Positions 51,339 to 64,000 of a DNA stretch of 64,000 bases are shown here, piece by piece; position 1 is the first letter of the stretch, and each line of letters begins with the position of its first letter. The DNA comes from Tubulanus polymorphus (lineage: Eukaryota > Animalia > Nemertea), in the NCBI RefSeq assembly GCF_964204645.1, contig NC_134032.1, forward strand, positions 1,608,416 through 1,672,415, in the 5' to 3' direction. The position numbers were made by a program, and so were the translations under genes. Below the pieces are notes generated by a model. The model was given only the letters and a program-made list of their open reading frames with translations. It made no database searches and was not told the origin of the DNA.

Positions 51339-54300
51339 ATGGTATGTGTTGCGAAATATATATTCATATCTGTTCGTTTCTGAATGGGGTGGTTAGAGTA
51401 AACATCAAATGGTATGGTAGAACTGTGGTACTGTACTGTAAGCGGGGCCTAAAAATGTCAAACCCAAAACCAAATCCAACCCACCAGCCAGCAAAAAAAT
51501 TGAATTTTTCAGATTTTGCTATAAATGTAATTATAGTCTGTGGTGTCATTACATTGTCCTGTTGCCATCCTCGCTTGCCAGGGTTAGAATGCCTCCCGTC
51601 AAAACTTGCGCCAACACAAATCCTGGCCGCGAACCCCCTTCAATATTCAAAATGGCAATGCCTATAATGCAAGCAGTCAATACTGGAACGCCTATATATC
51701 GTATAGTAGTGTCTGCTGTACTGGCTCACTATAATATCAGGTCAATATCAGTCGCAATAGAAGGCCTAGGTGTTTGGTGCAGACAATTTGAAAAGAAGCT
51801 AATAGGCGTTTATGCGTGCTCTACACATCAGCTCGCATGAAGTGACGCGGTAGAAACGTGCATAGCACGTCCACAGCACTGAAAGGGTTAATGCGGTGTA
51901 GGAACTGAAGCAACAGCGTGGATTACTGAATGACATTTAAATTCAATCATTCTCTACGTTTTTTGAAGAAATCGAAGTAAATTTGTCATCGGAACCTTAG
52001 AACCCTATATATCAGAACGGCAATCGGCCGGGGCGGTCAAAAAATGCTTGAATTATGGTTGAAACTCGTTTAACTATTTGCCTGCCAGGCATATTTTTCA
52101 GGTTAATGCTACGCTTTGCCAGGATTTCCATGTTTTTTCAGAGATTCATAAAACAAAAACAAGAAGGGATATATTCATCAAATTTGCTTTATTTTGTTCA
52201 TCTGGTCTTGCTTTTCCATGTAAAATAAGCAGCATTTCTTCTAAAAGTGATGAAATATATCTGCAGCAATCACAAGTGCAGAGGGGGTATTTTGCATAAA
52301 ATATGGCCATTTATGCATGTTCAACCCCTATTTCAATAGATAACACTACTGTTGTGTTGTGCGATGAATTTGCCATCTATCCCTAAAGCTAAGAAACAAG
52401 TCAACCGTACCAGTACCAGTTTCGGCAGGCAATGAGTAAACCCGGATTAAAAAACTTTTTCTCCCATTTTCCAGGATATTCGAAAGTTTTTCAGCCCGCC
52501 GGGAAAAACTGCAGCAGGGAAGAAATCAGCGCCGACCGCGTCTCTTAACAACAATAATAATATCAACAAGGTCAAGGACAAATCGAGCGAGGACGTGACA
52601 GACGGAACGCGCGTCGATTCGAGTCGGAAATCGTCGTCGTCGAAACGCAAACTGGACGCGTTCGACTCGGTGGTCGCCGTCGATTCCGATTCGGCCGGCG
52701 ACGAACCGGAATCGCCGTTGCCGCGGAAACGACAAAAACGGTCGTCGCCGTCGAAAAAACGCGAAAAAAGAGCGACGTCGAAAAACGGTTCGGATAGAAA
52801 ACGCGGAAAGAAGAAACGGTCGTCGGCGTCGCGCGGCGACGAGGATGAAGATGAAGATGTTGTTATCGTAGATGAAGATGAGAATCCGATTCCGAACAGC
52901 GTTAAACGAAAAAAAAGCGAAAAGGTTTTTATGACAATTTTTTATCAGGGGGGCGGATTTTATGTGGCCGTGTCCTGGGTCTGGACCGCGGCGCTCCCAT
53001 TGAGTTTGACATTTTTGAAAGTTGCGTATTTCTGGATCTTCAAAATTAATTATTTGAAATGTAGAAGTCAATTGAAGCGCGGTTATCCGTTGACACTAGC
53101 GACACCTGGGGGATTATCGCCGAATCCTCGCTTGCCTCAGTAGCCTCGCCTGTATCCCAGTCCTTATTCATGAACTAATGAGAAAAGTCGACTCAAATTT
53201 ACTTGAAATGTACAAGAAATTGAGTAACACAGTACAACTAGCGACACCTGGCGGATTATGGCTGAATCCTCGCTTGCCACCGTAGCCTTGCCAGTATCTC
53301 TTTGGGATATGATAGTGAAGCAGACGCTTCGATTCTATGTAATCTTGAACACTTAAATTAGACCCTCCTCTAGGTCCCTGAGAAGTTTCAGAGCCCTAGG
53401 GCCACTATTAAGGTCGCGCGAGATGTTAGAAGTGGGTCGGTTTTCAGGTCTCAACTTAACTCTTTCAGTGCGTCTACACCGCAGTGCGGAGTATAAATTG
53501 GTGATGGATTTTGCTAGTACACCGCATTGCGGTGTATTGATGTAATTAGTAATTACTAATTATCTCTCTTGAAAGATGGCAGCACCTGTCAAACACAGTG
53601 AAATATTAGTGACTAACGATACATCGCACCGCAGTGTAGACGCACTATAGTGGTATTCCCGTTATTCAACACACTAGGGTGGAATTTCTCAGAATTTTCA
53701 AATTTTCTTAAGCACTATAGGGTATTGATTAGTCAGCACTGAAAAGGTTAAAGTGTATTTTCGCGTATATTAGACGCTCATTTTAACGGTCTGGGCAGGG
53801 TCCGCCCAGACCCAACGGACCCCTGTGCCCTTGGAAGCTCCTTACATCCAGTAATGACTGATCTGTGGGGACCGCCCTACCCCCTGAATATTACCGATGT
53901 TGAAATGATGGATTTTCTCAATCAGGTGTCGAGTGTCGATGAAGATTTCGAGAAGGAGGTCGCGACGAAATCGAAAAAACCTAAAATCGACGACAAGTCG
54001 AAGAAACGTCAAAAGAAAGGAACCGTGATTTACGATTCGGACTCCGATGACGACGAGCCGAAACCGACAAAACAACGGAAACCTCGGAAAAAGAAAGAAA
54101 TCATCGCCGTTTCAGGTTAGAAATTAGTATTTTGAGAACTGTTTTTTGTGCGTGTGTGTCGGGATCCAGTTCCATAGTTCTGAGTTAAGATTTAACTCTA
54201 GAGTTAAAACATTGAAAATGAGCTAACTTAAACTCAGAGTTAACTCAAACTCACAACACTGGGTCCAGATGTATGTTTTTTTGATGCAGCCTTTTTCAAC

Positions 54301-57300
54301 GTTAAGCTGGGACTTTAATTCAAAGCGTTGGTCTATCAAGAAAGCTTAGTGTAAGACTTAGGCCCAAGGCCAGGGGATGACTTGATTTTCAGGTCTATCA
54401 AAGAAGCTAAGTGTAAGACTTAAGTCTAAGGGGTTGACTCAGTTGTCAGGTCTATCAAGGAAGCGTAGTGTAAGACTTCAACCCAAGGGGATGACTTAAC
54501 TTTCAGGTCTAACAAGAAAGCTTAGTTTCTGGTTCTCAACGTGATTTATGAAAATCAGAATTTGTTCTTTCCGAGTCCCTCCTTGATTCCTTGAAATCTC
54601 CTTCTTAACCAAAAAATTTTTTTAAGGTCCTCGAATATCCTTGAATTTGAGCAACATGCTCAAAAGTCCCTGAAAACTTGAATTCGGTGAAATTGGCGGT
54701 CAGAAATCTTTAGGTTTTAACCCTTTCAGTGCTGACTAATTAATATCCTATAGTGCTGGTGATAATTTGAAAATTCTAAAAAATTGCACCCTAGTGTGTT
54801 GAATAACGGGAATAGCAATATAGTGCGTCTACACTGCGGTGCGGTGTATCGTTAGTTACTAGTATTTCACTATGTTTGACACGTGCTGCCATCTTTCAAG
54901 AGAGATAATTACTAATTAAATTAATACACTGCAGTGCAATGTACTAGCATAATCTATTGCTGATTTATACACCGCACTGCCGTGTTGACGCACTGAAAGC
55001 GTTAAGCCTTGTTAGCAGTCAAAGGCCTATAGACACTGATTCCTCTGAAATAATGGTTTACTGAAATAAACATTACTGATTTAGGAATCTACAGTTATTG
55101 AGATATGAAAGTGATGCAGACGCTTCCTTGAAATCTGAAATTTTCTCCTTAAAAACTCCTTGGCCCGGTTTCATAGACCGAGTATCGAAGTTATCCCTAG
55201 GGGTAAATCCTCAATCTGGGGTGACAACCACCGTAGTGACAATGAGAAACCATGGTTATAACCGACGGATTTCAAAATATTCCCAGGGACTATTTTTCTG
55301 CCACATCTATGATACCCAGCCCTGGTCATTAATTAATGTGTCCCGCTGTCTAAAAATCTTCAACTTAGATTTTCGAGATTTCTGGATGAATTTGACCCGT
55401 TCCGAATATTCTATGGAACCGGCCCCTGGTTACAACTGACGAATTTCAAAATATTCCCAGGGACTATTTTTCTGCCACATCTATGAAACCCAGCCCTTGA
55501 GTTCTGGAATGACCGATCAGCAGGGACCCTGTCTAATTATAGAAATGTTTCTTAAATTTTGTAGACGATGAACAGCCGGGACCACTTCGTTCGGCGTTCC
55601 AGCACGCGGCCGATACCGCCGTGGCGCCGCCTGTCGCCAAGAAACCGACCGCCGCCAAGGCCACCGGTAAACCGACGACCGTTTTGGACTTCTTCGGCTC
55701 GGCGACCGTTCAACGATCGACAAAATTGACGACGGGAACGACGCCGAATCACCCGCGATCGAAATTAGACAAGTCCGAGAATAAACGCGACCGTTCGAAG
55801 AACATAGAGACAGCGCCACCTAGTTTTGACGCGTCGATGGAGTTATTCGACGACGATGATTTCAAAGAAACGTTGCGTCTGATCGACACGGACGCGTTAG
55901 ACAAACAGCAGCAGCAGACGGAATCCGAGGGGAAGGAATCAAAGGAATCTACGCGAAACGACAAATCCGGGCAGACGAGTCTCGCGAGTAAGATTTCGGC
56001 GAAAGCAAAAGTTTACGTCGAGGACACACCGGAAAAGTTTCACGGTAAATCCGCGAAGCAACGAATCGACGAGGAATCTTCGGATTCGCGGAATACGATT
56101 CGCGACGAATCGGAACGAATGGACGTTTCGCCGACGAAAACAACGCCGGAAAAACAACGCGCGAATCCTAGTCGTCACGGCGATAAGAATTCTCCGGTGT
56201 CGAAGAAATCACCAAAGAAATCTCCGGTTAAAACTCCGCCCGACACGGGCGGTAAATCACGCGGTAACCCGGGTTACTGGGCTTATAAGAATCGCGCCGG
56301 CCCGTCGGCTCCGGGGTCGAAAGAAATTCCGGAGGTAAGAATTTGGGAAGATCAAACGAGTTTAGTTCGAATTGCGTTTTAAGTTCAGGTTCAAAATCAA
56401 GTTCGAAAATATCTGCTGCCAGAGTGGATGTCAATACATTCTATCGATGCTGATTTTGCTTTGAAATATATTGAGCTAATGTGGAAAATAGACGATTACG
56501 CCGAAATTATGCTGAAATTTTTTGTATTTTTTGGAGGGATCGAAAGCCTTGTTATTTTTTGACTGTGGAAGTATTGTATTAGTAAGGCCTGGTTATTCAA
56601 TTATCAGTAGGATTGAATATACAGGAAAGTGTTATGGAATTACCCTGAAATGTATGACTGGTCTAGTATTCCGGTGAACGCATTGTGAAAATGCTTCCTT
56701 ATGGGGCCTCATTTCACTGGAAAGAACTTCTTTCCGAGTCCAAAAGTCCGTCCTTTTGGGTCTAAAATTTTCGGAAAAAAATCCTTCTTAGTACTTCGTT
56801 TAATCCTGGCCTTACCACTGGAAACCCTGTTAAGAGACCTTAGCAGCCAGGATGTCATACACTTAACAATGAATGCAGCCCCCTTAAAAATTGTAGCACA
56901 CGCAGAACACCCCCCACTCCCCACCCCCCACGCTATTAGTCTCATTATCTGCTTCAACATCAATCCGAATTCTGGATTCTCATTCATCTTGTGAGCCCTC
57001 ATTTCACTGGAAAGAACTTCTTTCCGAGTCCAAAAGTCCCTCCTTTTGGGTCTAAAATTTTCGAAAAAAAAATCCTTCTTAGTACTCCTTTTTACCCTGG
57101 CCTCATTTTATCTCAATAATCGTTTTCAGGGAGGAGAGAATTGTCTGGAAGGTTTGACGTTCGTCGTGACGGGCGTTTTAGAATCGTTGGAACGTGACGA
57201 GGCGAAGTCGCTGATCGAACGCTACGGCGGCAAAATGACGACGAGTTTGAGCAAGAAAACGTCGTACGTCGTCATCGGCGACGGCGCCGGGGAAAGCAAA

Positions 57301-60300
57301 ATGGCGAAGGTAATCGATTAGATATCATCTCTTTAACCTCTTCACTACCATAGGTAATGTAACGCCCCTCACCAGAGAATTTTCCCATATTCATATTTAT
57401 TTTCGATTCAGTTCATTATTTGAGGCACAGATTCGCCATCTATGAGTCAATAGTGTAACTAAACTGAAGATCATTTAGTACGTCTATACACCGGCGGCGT
57501 AGTGACTCACCGCACCAGCAATTGTAGTAAATGAATATATTTGCGACGTAAATATACGTCGCGCATGGTAGCTAAGAGGTTAACCTCCTGACGAAGGAAC
57601 AATGAAGTTAGCCGTCTTTACTCGGGGTCCGTACGACTCCTTGATTCCTTGAAAACCTGCTTCTAAACCAAAAAATGTTTTTCGAGGTCCGCGAATATCG
57701 TTGCATTTGAGCAAAATGCCGAAAACTCCTTGAATTTTGTGAAATTGGCAATTGTGGAAAATCGTTAGATTCTAGGCCTAGTTAGTAGTTATAGGCCTAA
57801 TACACAGTTTACTGTGATATCTACCGTATTGGAGATACACTCCTCGAAAGAAAGAAAAGTAGCTTTCCGTGTGGGGCTGAGCAAAGCCTTTAGGCCTCTG
57901 TCATTTCCGTGTGGGGCTGAGCAAAGCCTTTGGGCCTCTGTCATTTCCATGTGGGACTGAGCAAAGCCTTTGGGCCTCTGTCATTTCCATGTGGGACTGA
58001 GCAAAGCCTTTAGGCCTCTGTCATTTCCGTGTGGGGCTGAGCAAAGCCTTTAGGCCTTTGTCATTTCCGTGTGGGGCTGAGCAAAGCCTTGAGGCCTCTG
58101 TCATGAGAACCCTGTAAAATGGGAAAGGACAATGAAGGAACAAAGTTAACTGGGAAGGCTGTATGTCGGGGGGGATTTATGGAGGTAGACATCTACGTAT
58201 TTCGGAAAGGTATAGGCCTATGTCATGAGGGGTTCATAGAGGCGGCCTAGTTAGTAGTCATAAGCCTAATACGCACACAGATTCCGCTGAATTAATGGTT
58301 TACTGAATTATAAACAGTATCGATTTAGGAGATACACGCAAGTAGCTTTCTCTGAGCCAAGCATAGATTTTAGGCCTCTGTCGCTAGCACCCAGTTAAAA
58401 GGGAAAGAGAAAGTTTACTGGAAGGCTGTATGTCGGGGGGGATTTATGGAGGTAGACATCTACGTATGTCGGAAAGGTATAGGCCTAATGTAATGAGGAG
58501 TTCATAGAGGCGGCCATCTTTAACCGAAGCGTGCGTGCCACGGGGGATTCATCTGGGCAGACGTCTTCTATGGAAGTAGTTTCGATAATTCAATGATATA
58601 ATATTTCGCTGATATCCGTGTGGGATGTGGCCATCTTTTCCAGGTCAGAGGATATTAGTGATAAAATGTCGTTCGGGGGGGGAATTTGTGAAGGAAACCT
58701 TTTCTTAAATGTGATATGACGATGGATAAGGGTAACTTGAAAGAGACCTTCTGTGGTATGGGTCTCTATAGGACTATTTTAAGATTTCTTGATCAGCCAT
58801 GCCATTCACGTATATTCTGTTGGTTTTGTTTAGGTTGAACAGTTTAAAACTAAACAACTCGACGAGGACGGATTTTTGGACCTGATTCGAACATTACCCG
58901 CGAAAAAATCTAAATATACCATCGCAGCCGAGGCTGAAGCTAAGAAGGTAAATATCGAGATGAGATTTTAGTCGTAGAGGGCCAATTTTCGAAGTTCAAC
59001 GCAGCAGGTTAAATATGTAATTCTTAGCTTCAATTCAAGATGGCAAATGACGAAGTGAAATATTAGCAACTAAAGATGCACCGCACTGCGCATTTTAATT
59101 TTTCGTAGCCCAACAACAAAATGTCGTTCAGGGGTATTAATGAAGGAAATCTTTTCTGGAAGGAAAGGGACTTAGATGTAATTCAACAATCGCTTAGCGG
59201 AATTAGAAGGAACCCTTTTGTGGTTGGGGTCTCTATCACAGTTCGATATTGTTGGCTACATTCATGAAGGCCTATATTCTGTTGGGATATTCCCTTGGGA
59301 TACCGGGGACACTGTCGAAAGTGAGTCCTGTATACAGTCCGGGAACTAACTCCAAACATCGTCTGCCTGTATCAAAAGCCATCAACTATTGTTACTTCTA
59401 GACTCAGTGTTTTGATTCTGCGGTCACATCGCTATGAATAGGACTCGTGTTGACCCCGCGAAGACGTTTTAATGTCTGATCTTTCTCCGTAACTTTCACA
59501 TTTTCAGAGGAAGTCTCAATCGACCCCGAAATCGAGTTCGCTTCCCGCGGTCGATTCCGCCGACCGCCAATCGTCCTGTACGACGACGCCAAAATCGAGC
59601 AAATTCAGCCAATCGCAGCCGCTGTTACAAACACCGCCGGCGACGTCGAGCCAGAAATCTGATTGGTCGCAAAAAACAGCCAGTCCTCAGGTACATAATC
59701 TTCGTCCTTTAACCCTTTCAGTGCGTCTACACCGCAGTGCAGTGTATAAACCGGTGATGGATTTTGCTAGTACACCGCGGTGTACTGATGTAATTACGAA
59801 TCAGCGATAGATTTTGCTAGTACACCGCACTGCAGTGTATTGATGTAATTAGTAATTCGTTTTTATCTCTATTGAAAAATGGCAGCACCTGTCAAATATA
59901 GTGAAATATTAGTAACTAACGATACACCGCACCGCGGTGTAGACGCACTATAGTGGTATTCCTGTTGTTCAACACACTAGGGTGGAATTTCTTAACATTT
60001 TCAAATTATCTCCAGCACTATAGGGTATTAATTAGTCAGCACTGAAAGGGTTAACTCATTGAAAAGTTTTTAGTTTTTGAACAAGACTCAGTTTGAAAAT
60101 TTCTAATTTTGGATATGAGTTTAATGAGAATTGCTATTTTGAAAATAACGAAACCACTGTTTTTGTTTACTCGGCGCCCCCTGCAGCCGTCAACCGGAAC
60201 TACTACAGAACCGAGTTTATTATGGGTCGACAAGTACAAACCATCGACTTTGAAACACGTGATCGGGCAACAGGGAGACAAGAGCAACGCTAGAAAACTG

Positions 60301-63300
60301 CTGCACTGGCTCGTCAACTGGCAGAAAAATCGCACTCAAAAACAGAAATTTTCAGGTGAGTTAAAACAAAACTAATTGAATTTCGAATATATTGAGTTGG
60401 TGGTTAGGAGAAATCTTAGTTGAATTGTTCCCATGTTACTCTGTTATGTGGTTATGAGGCACATCTAGCCGGTTGCCTACTACCCCTTTATTCTTTAAAA
60501 TCTCGAACGGACCGGTTCCATAGTCATGGCTTAGACTTAAGACCAGTATAAGACCAACTTAGTTATATAGCCAATCTAACAACTTAAGACCAGTCTAAGC
60601 TCATTTTGGTTCTATAGCCAATCTAACAACTTAAGACCAGTCTAAGCTCATTTTAGTTCTATAGCCAATCTAACTATACTTAAGACCAGTCTAAACTCAT
60701 TTTGGTTCTATAACCAATCTAACAACTTAAGACCAGTCTAAGACCAACTTAGTTCTATAGCCAATCTAACAACTTAAGACCAGTCCAAGCTCATTTTAGT
60801 TCTAAAGCCAATCTAACTATGCTTAAGACCAATCTAAGCTCATTTGGTTCTATAACCAATCTAACAACTTAAGACCGGTCTAAGCTCATTTTGGTTCTAT
60901 AACCAATCTAACAACTTAAGACCAGTCTAAGGCCAACTTAGTTCTATAGCCAATCTAACAACTTAAGACCAGTCTTACGATTTAAGACCACTTTTGGAGT
61001 TAAGTCACGTCTGTGCAACAACTGGCCTCAGAATTGTAACTTAGTTTGGAAATGTGCCTCGCGTTAAACACAATGGTAACAGTAGATTTATTTTCTGTGT
61101 ACAGGTAACCGTTGGAATGACGACGGAGCGTCGTTTAAGGCGGCCCTGCTCTCCGGTCCTCCGGGTATCGGTAAAACGACTACTGCTCATCTCGTGTGTA
61201 AGGTCAGTCTCACTGTTCGTCTGCTCGATTAGTCGTATCTACCAATCAAATCGCTCCGATTAAATCAATCAATTATCTACCGATTACTGACTTTGCTCCA
61301 ATCCGATCGATCGACGACTTTTAGCTCTTGGGAATGAATCTATTTTGCTTAACCCTGTCAGTGCTGACTAATAAATACCCTATAGTGCTAGAGATAATTT
61401 GAAAATTTTGAAAAATTCCACCTTAGTGTGTTGAATAACGGGAATAGCACTACAGTGCGTCTACACCGCGGTGCAGCGTAACGTTAGTTACTAATATTTT
61501 ACTATGTTTGACAGGTGCTGCCATCTTTCAGTAGAGATAATTACTAATTACTTATTACATCAATACACCGCAGTGCGGTGGACTAGCAAAATCCATCACC
61601 GATTTATACATCGCACTGCGGTGTAGACACACTGAAAGGGTGTCTACACTGTGTCTACACTGAACTGCGGTGTATAAATTGGTGATGGATTTTGTTAGTA
61701 CACCGCACTGCAGTGTATTGAATTAGTAATTAGTAATTATCTCTCGAAAGATGGCAGCACCTGTCAAACACCGTGAAATATTAGTAACTAATGATACACC
61801 GCGCCGCGGTGTTGACACACTATAGTGGTATTCCCGTTATTCAACACACTAGAGTGGAAATTTCCCAAATTTTCACATTTTTTCCAGCACTCTAGGGTAT
61901 TAATTAGTCAGCATGGAAAGGGTTAAGCTGCTGCTAAGCCAATCTTCCACTTAACGAAGGAATGAATATGAAATGCGTACATTTCGTTTTTTGTAGGAAG
62001 CCGGATTCTCGTTTATAGAATTGAACGCGTCCGATACTCGCAGTAAGAAGAATCTGGAGGAACACGTGATGACGGCTCTGAGAACTAAATCTTTAGTTAA
62101 TTATATCGGTAAATAACGAAATTACTTCTCGAATCTATGTGTCGAAACTGGGGAACCTCTTTTCGATAAGAGTGGGCATTAGTTTTATAGATATTTAAAG
62201 ATATTCTTAGGGATCACTGCTTAACTGGGACCTGATTTTATAAACAGTTATCTCTACTTATAAATCCTTAACCCTTTCAGTGCGTCTACACCGCAGTGCG
62301 GTGTATGAATCAGTGATGGATTTTGCTAGTACACTGCACTGCGGTGTATGTATGTAATTAGTAATTAGTTTTCATCTCTCTTGAAAAATGGCAGCACTTG
62401 TCAGACATAGTGAAATACTAGTAACTAACGATACACTGCACCGCGGTGTAGACGCACTATAGTGCTATTCGCGTTATTCAACACACTAGGGCGGAATTTT
62501 ACAAAATTTTAAAATTATCTAGCACTATAGGGTATTAATAAGTCAGCACTGAAAGGGTTAACCGGGTCCCGGTTTTATATATCGGGCATCGAATTCTACG
62601 AACCTTTAAGGGGTTTTAAATTTATTCCTAGGGATAATTTTGAACCGAGACCCGTTTCGTAGACCGGGTTCCTATCAGCACGGCATCTAATCGATCATTT
62701 TTGATTGTTTTTTTTTAAGGAACTGGTAAAGAAGAGAATACGCGATTGAATCACTGTCTGTTGATGGACGAAGTGGACGGCATGGCCGGCAACGAGGACC
62801 GCGGCGGAATGCAAGAACTAATCAAACTGATAAAATCGTCACGTATCCCGATTATCTGCATGTGCAACGACCGCGCGCACATCAAAATCCGTTCGCTGGC
62901 GAATTACTGTTTCGATTTGCGGTTCTCGCGGCCGCGCGTCGAACAGATCAAGTCGGCGGCGATGTCGATCGTTTTTAAAGAAGGCCTGAACGTGTCGGCG
63001 CCGGCGCTGAACGAGATCATCCTCGCGTCGAATCAGGACGTCCGACAGGTACGTAGGGCCGGCGAAAAAAAAATTTCGATTTGCTCTTTTTCACGGGGTC
63101 CCTGCGACTCCTTGATTCCTTGCAAACTGCTGATAAACCAAAAATGTATTTCAAGGTCCTTGAATATCTTAGAATTTGTGCAAAATGTCCAAAATTTCTT
63201 CAATTCTGGAATAACTGATCTGTAGGGACCTTGTTTCAGCTCCGAAAGTCTCGTATCCTAGAATGCTACGGAAGAGATACCGTATTTTCCGATCGATAAG

Positions 63301-63763
63301 CTGATTTTAGCCTCAGATTTTTACCACAAGTTCCAGTTCCACAGTTTGAGTTAAGATTTAACTCTTACGTGTTCATTAACATTGAAAATTAACTAGTTTT
63401 AACTCAAAGCGTTTACTCTTAACTCACAACTGTGGAACCGAGTCCAGAATATCACGATCGAATGGAAAATCAGCTGTACGCGTTAGTAATAGTGCGGGCT
63501 GATGTTCTATGCTAATTCGCTTCATCCTACTAAAATTGGGGCTTGAGTTTTATTCGAATGTACATAAAATGACTACTCTATGAGCTCGGGGAGGCGAAGG
63601 GGGGCTTAAAAAATCAAAGCAGATTTTGAAAGTTCCGTTAAACGCCCCCGCGTTTAATTCGAAGGTAATTCACAACTTGGAGATGTTTTGCTCGAAAGAC
63701 AAATCGTTGGACTACGACCAGGCGAAAAAAGACGCGTCGGCCGCGAAAAAAGATTTCAAAATC
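51339..63763 (+). CDS. RFC1: Replication factor C subunit 1, 5' part (continues beyond window); exons 51339-51341, 52475-52924, 53926-54115, 55565-56334, 57130-57309, 58834-58947, 59508-59690, 60187-60355, 61105-61202, 61997-62108, 62720-63048, 63665-63763
   Basis: ATG-only first coding exon followed by DIRKFF; BRCT domain ([31 protein letters not shown]); LWVDKYKP; Walker A GPPGIGKT; ELNASD; Walker [17 protein letters not shown]. Phases are consistent. Confidence 0.95.
53460..53747 (-). mobile_element. MITE family A copy
   Basis: Slightly degenerate TIRs, TTAA flanks. Confidence 0.85.
54721..55001 (+). mobile_element. MITE family A copy
   Basis: Same TIRs, TTAA flanks and body. Confidence 0.85.
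57337..57579. mobile_element. Second piggyBac-type MITE
   Basis: TTAA|CCTCTTCACTACCAT...ATGGTAGCTAAGAGG|TTAA. Confidence 0.65.
57865..58104. repeat. 40-bp tandem repeat x6
   Basis: Unit TTCCGTGTGGGGCTGAGCAAAGCCTTTAGGCCTCTGTCAT. Confidence 0.9.
59713..60050 (-). mobile_element. MITE family A copy with internal duplication
   Basis: TIRs and TTAA flanks; the GATTTTGCTAGTACACCGC segment is duplicated. Confidence 0.85.
60509..61030. repeat. MITE family F with an internally amplified 47-50-bp unit
   Basis: A short version of the same element is at about 483-623; here TTAAGACCAGTCTAAG..CCAATCTAACAAC is repeated about nine times. Confidence 0.75.
61353..61922. mobile_element. Inverted dimer of MITE family A
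   Basis: A + copy at 61353-61640 is fused directly to a - copy lacking its inner TIR; TTAA is present only at the outer ends. Confidence 0.8.
62272..62557 (-). mobile_element. MITE family A copy
   Basis: Same TIRs, TTAA flanks and body. Confidence 0.85.
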
Positions 63764-63889
63764 GTGAGTAAAAAGCGTGGAAAACTCCAACTAACAATCG
63801 AGTTAACTGACGAAACTAACGAAAGAAATGCCACAATAATGAAGCCAAGATTGAAAAATTCTATATCCGAATGATTGTATTTGAGGAGC

Positions 63890-63923
63890 GACGTTTCGGC
63901 TAACAACTGTTAGCCATCATCAG
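63890..63923 (-). ncRNA. Minimal type I hammerhead ribozyme core (Penelope-type) in a fold-back insertion 63820-63996
   Basis: Minus strand reads CUGAUGA-U-GGCUAAC(AGUU)GUUAGCC-GAAAC-GUC: conserved core, 7-bp stem II, GUC cleavage triplet and rudimentary stem III. Confidence 0.7.
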
Positions 63924-64000
63924 GCGTACCGTCGAATACAATCATTCTGATATAGAATTTTTCAATCTTGGCTTCGTTATTGTGGGATTTCTCTCGACAT

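Noticed and set aside
52925-53143. Hydrophobic, TM-like C-terminus of ORF 52595-53143
   Set aside because: Intronic read-through past the RFC1 exon-2 donor at 52924; RFC1 is not a membrane protein.
56703-57105. Direct repeats of about 105 bp, about 290 bp apart, as LTRs of a mini-retroelement
   Set aside because: No TG..CA ends, PBS, PPT or TSD seen; more simply a local duplication.

Overview
Eukaryotic (metazoan, most likely invertebrate) genomic DNA with multi-exon genes and dense short transposon-derived repeats. Reading splice sites by hand gives this gene order: 3' end of an RNF19-type RBR E3 ligase (+); complete DNAJC27/RBJ (+); MPV17 (-); adenosine deaminase ADA (+, head-to-head with MPV17); hydroxylysine-kinase-like HYKK/AGPHD1 (+); and the 5' part of RFC1 (+), which runs off the window. 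Between HYKK and RFC1 is a tandem cluster of three two-exon genes that I cannot assign to a known family. Each encodes a 77-85 aa precursor with a signal peptide and an 8-Cys framework built mostly from CxxxC pairs, so they are candidate toxins, defence peptides or pheromones. This cluster is the most novel-looking system here. Other notable items: two fold-back insertions carrying hammerhead-ribozyme cores (Penelope-like); a 10-copy tandem array of the ADA exon-4 splice acceptor capped by a hairpin; a MITE inserted into an MPV17 splice donor; about 12 copies of one piggyBac-type MITE; nested MITEs; and several minisatellites that appear to derive from MITE sequence. Gene names come from recalled motif similarity, not from database searches.
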